DNA of 63,813 nucleotides, counting the filler, from Welwitschia mirabilis (Eukaryota), in assembly GCA_051453625.1 (NCBI GenBank). It is 7 parts of one record of this genome, joined end to end, with 100 filler letters (N's around TTAATTAATTAA, not from the genome) between each part and the next. Parts side by side here need not be neighbours in the genome. Positions count along the whole stretch, not along the records: positions 61,997 to 63,813 come from JBOZIK010000001.1; 6 more parts are not named here. One strand, 5' to 3'. How positions within the stretch are numbered: position 1 is the stretch's first letter; every line of letters begins with the position of its first letter. Positions 61,997-63,813 of this stretch are shown one piece after another. Made by a program: the position numbers and the translations under genes. Under the pieces are notes generated by a model. The model was given only the letters and a program-made list of their open reading frames with translations. It was not told the DNA's origin and did no database searches.

Positions 61997-63813
61997 TATA
62001 GAATAAAAAATGTTATAAGAAATAAAAATTAAAATGAGGATTATTAAGGATAGACTTAAAAAGGTTATAAATAAATAAAAAATGTATGTAGATAATCGAA
62101 GAGAAGATCTTGAATTTAAAATAAGTAATCATGTAATTCTTAAAGTGTCATTAATGAAATCAATAATAAGAGGAGTTAAGAGATCAAAATTAGCTTCTTG
62201 ATTTATTAGACCATTTAAAATATTAGAAAGAGCTGGATCTATTATAACTAAACTTACTCTACCTTCTCAATTATTGGATATACATGATGTTTTTCTTGTA
62301 AGTATGCTAAAAAAGTATATTGTAGATCCTTCTGATGTGTTAAATTGATCTCATATTTAGGTGAAATCACATTACTTAACTATAGAGAAGCTAAACGTAG
62401 TGCTAGTTCAATGAACTATTAATTTATAACATAGGGAAATCCATCAAGTAAAGATGAAGTGAAGTAATCATAGTGTTAATAAAGCCACTCAGGAGATAAA
62501 GGAAATAATGAAAAGTTAATATCCAGATCTTTTTGAATCTCATAATATGTAGTTAGGTGTTCTTAAACTCTTTTTGTATCTTGATTTCTAGGAGTGAATT
62601 AGTTTAAGTGAGGGAGGATATCATATCCCGTATTTTGTAAACCTTAATTACTTAGATATTAAGTATCTTAATCTTTTAATCAGATGATGAATTACTCTTC
62701 TTTAAAGGCCTTGTCTAAAAAAGATGGTATTTTAAATTAACCTTAGTTTGTAATTTTCATAATTCACCATGAAAATGATAATAATTAATTAGAAGGGTTT
62801 TAAGAGGACATAATAATATATTTTATATATTATTTACTCATTTAAATTCTTGATAAATATGATAGATGTACTATATTATGAATAGATACTTTCTTCCTTG
62901 TGTTCTATGATTAATATATTTTATGCACCATGGCATAAATGAGTATATGAATAAGCACATGTACTTTTGCTTAGAACTAAAAATGATAAATGAGTAGAAT
63001 TACTCTACCATAACTTTTATCTTTTTAAGATGTATAAGGGCATAGCATGCTTATTATTTTATTCATTGGAATTGAAGAGTTTATCTTATTATGCCANNNN
63101 NNNNNNTACATTTATTCTTTTAATGCATGTCTTAAATAAATTAAAATTACTTATGAGCCTATGAAGGATTAAGAAGGAGCTAGCATAAGAAAATGATGCA
63201 TATAATTAATCTTGCTAATTAAAGTAAGAAAATCACTCACCCTAGTTAGATGCATGAGTCATAAATATGATTTTTCATTTTGTACTCCAATATTACTTAT
63301 TATTCATCCTACTTATAAATGATAAATCATGTGATCTTATTATCTTGAGCTATGTGCCTTTTGTATATTTATATATAAAGAACTTTTAATCTCTTACAAA
63401 AAAAAGGAGATACTTTCCATTTTTCTATGTAAGTGAATTTACTTCTTTCCTTTCTTTTTCTTTCATTCTCTTACTTGTGGAGCTTGGAGCTAAGAAATTT
63501 TAGGCTTGGATCTTTATCAATCTTCAACTATCAAGGATTTACTAATTTTTTCAAGTAAGCTCTTTACTCACTTTATCCATATAGTTTATTTTAATATTTT
63601 AATAAAATGGTGTAATATTTCATTAGATTACTATTTATTATATATCATAAAATTATGTTATTCCCTCCCATTGGCTCTCACTAAGATATGGAGAGATATG
63701 AGGAGTCTCTTATGCTTGGTAATATAGGTTACTAATGAATGATTATGGCTAAGTGACTACTTTGGTGATTTACTATATACTTGAGTACCATGTTTATTTT
63801 GTATTAATATATA
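61997..63813 (+). mobile_element. Ty3/gypsy chromovirus (Tekay/Del-like) 3' end: integrase tail, chromodomain, PPT, LTR
   Basis: VILKVSLMK, SKLAS*FIRPFKILER, IHDVFLVSMLKKY, KAT.E...M...YPDLF; PPT TAAGTGAGGGAGGA at ~62605-62618, then AT-rich LTR-like DNA. Confidence 0.8.

Overview
AT-rich, repeat-laden plant nuclear DNA from a draft assembly with many N gaps, including six artificial 44N-TTAATTAATTAA-44N linkers. It carries parts of two minus-strand spliced genes. (1) A C-terminal-motor kinesin-14 (ATK1/KIN14C-like) with four motor-domain exons at 53778-53939, 53455-53657, 32377-32458 and 32191-32295, and a ~21.0 kb intron; three of the four exons are absent from the ORF track. (2) A MORN-repeat phosphatidylinositol 4-phosphate 5-kinase (PIP5K7/8/9 clade, most like PIP5K9) with exons 29531-30822 and 5216-5383, and a ~24.1 kb intron. 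Both exon chains join in phase with GT-AG sites. The introns are filled with degenerate, nested transposons: Sirevirus-like and Tork-like Ty1/copia, a Tekay-like chromoviral Ty3/gypsy, L1 and RTE-like LINEs, a CACTA TnpD remnant and CpG-rich hAT-like ends. I found no convincing previously undescribed biological system. The most notable observations are structural: giant TE-filled introns, a chimeric copia, an insertion splitting a copia RNase H with an odd inverted footprint, short-motif arrays in LTR-like DNA, and an intronic duplication with asymmetric mutation. All family and lineage names come from recognised motifs, not database searches; identities are visual estimates.
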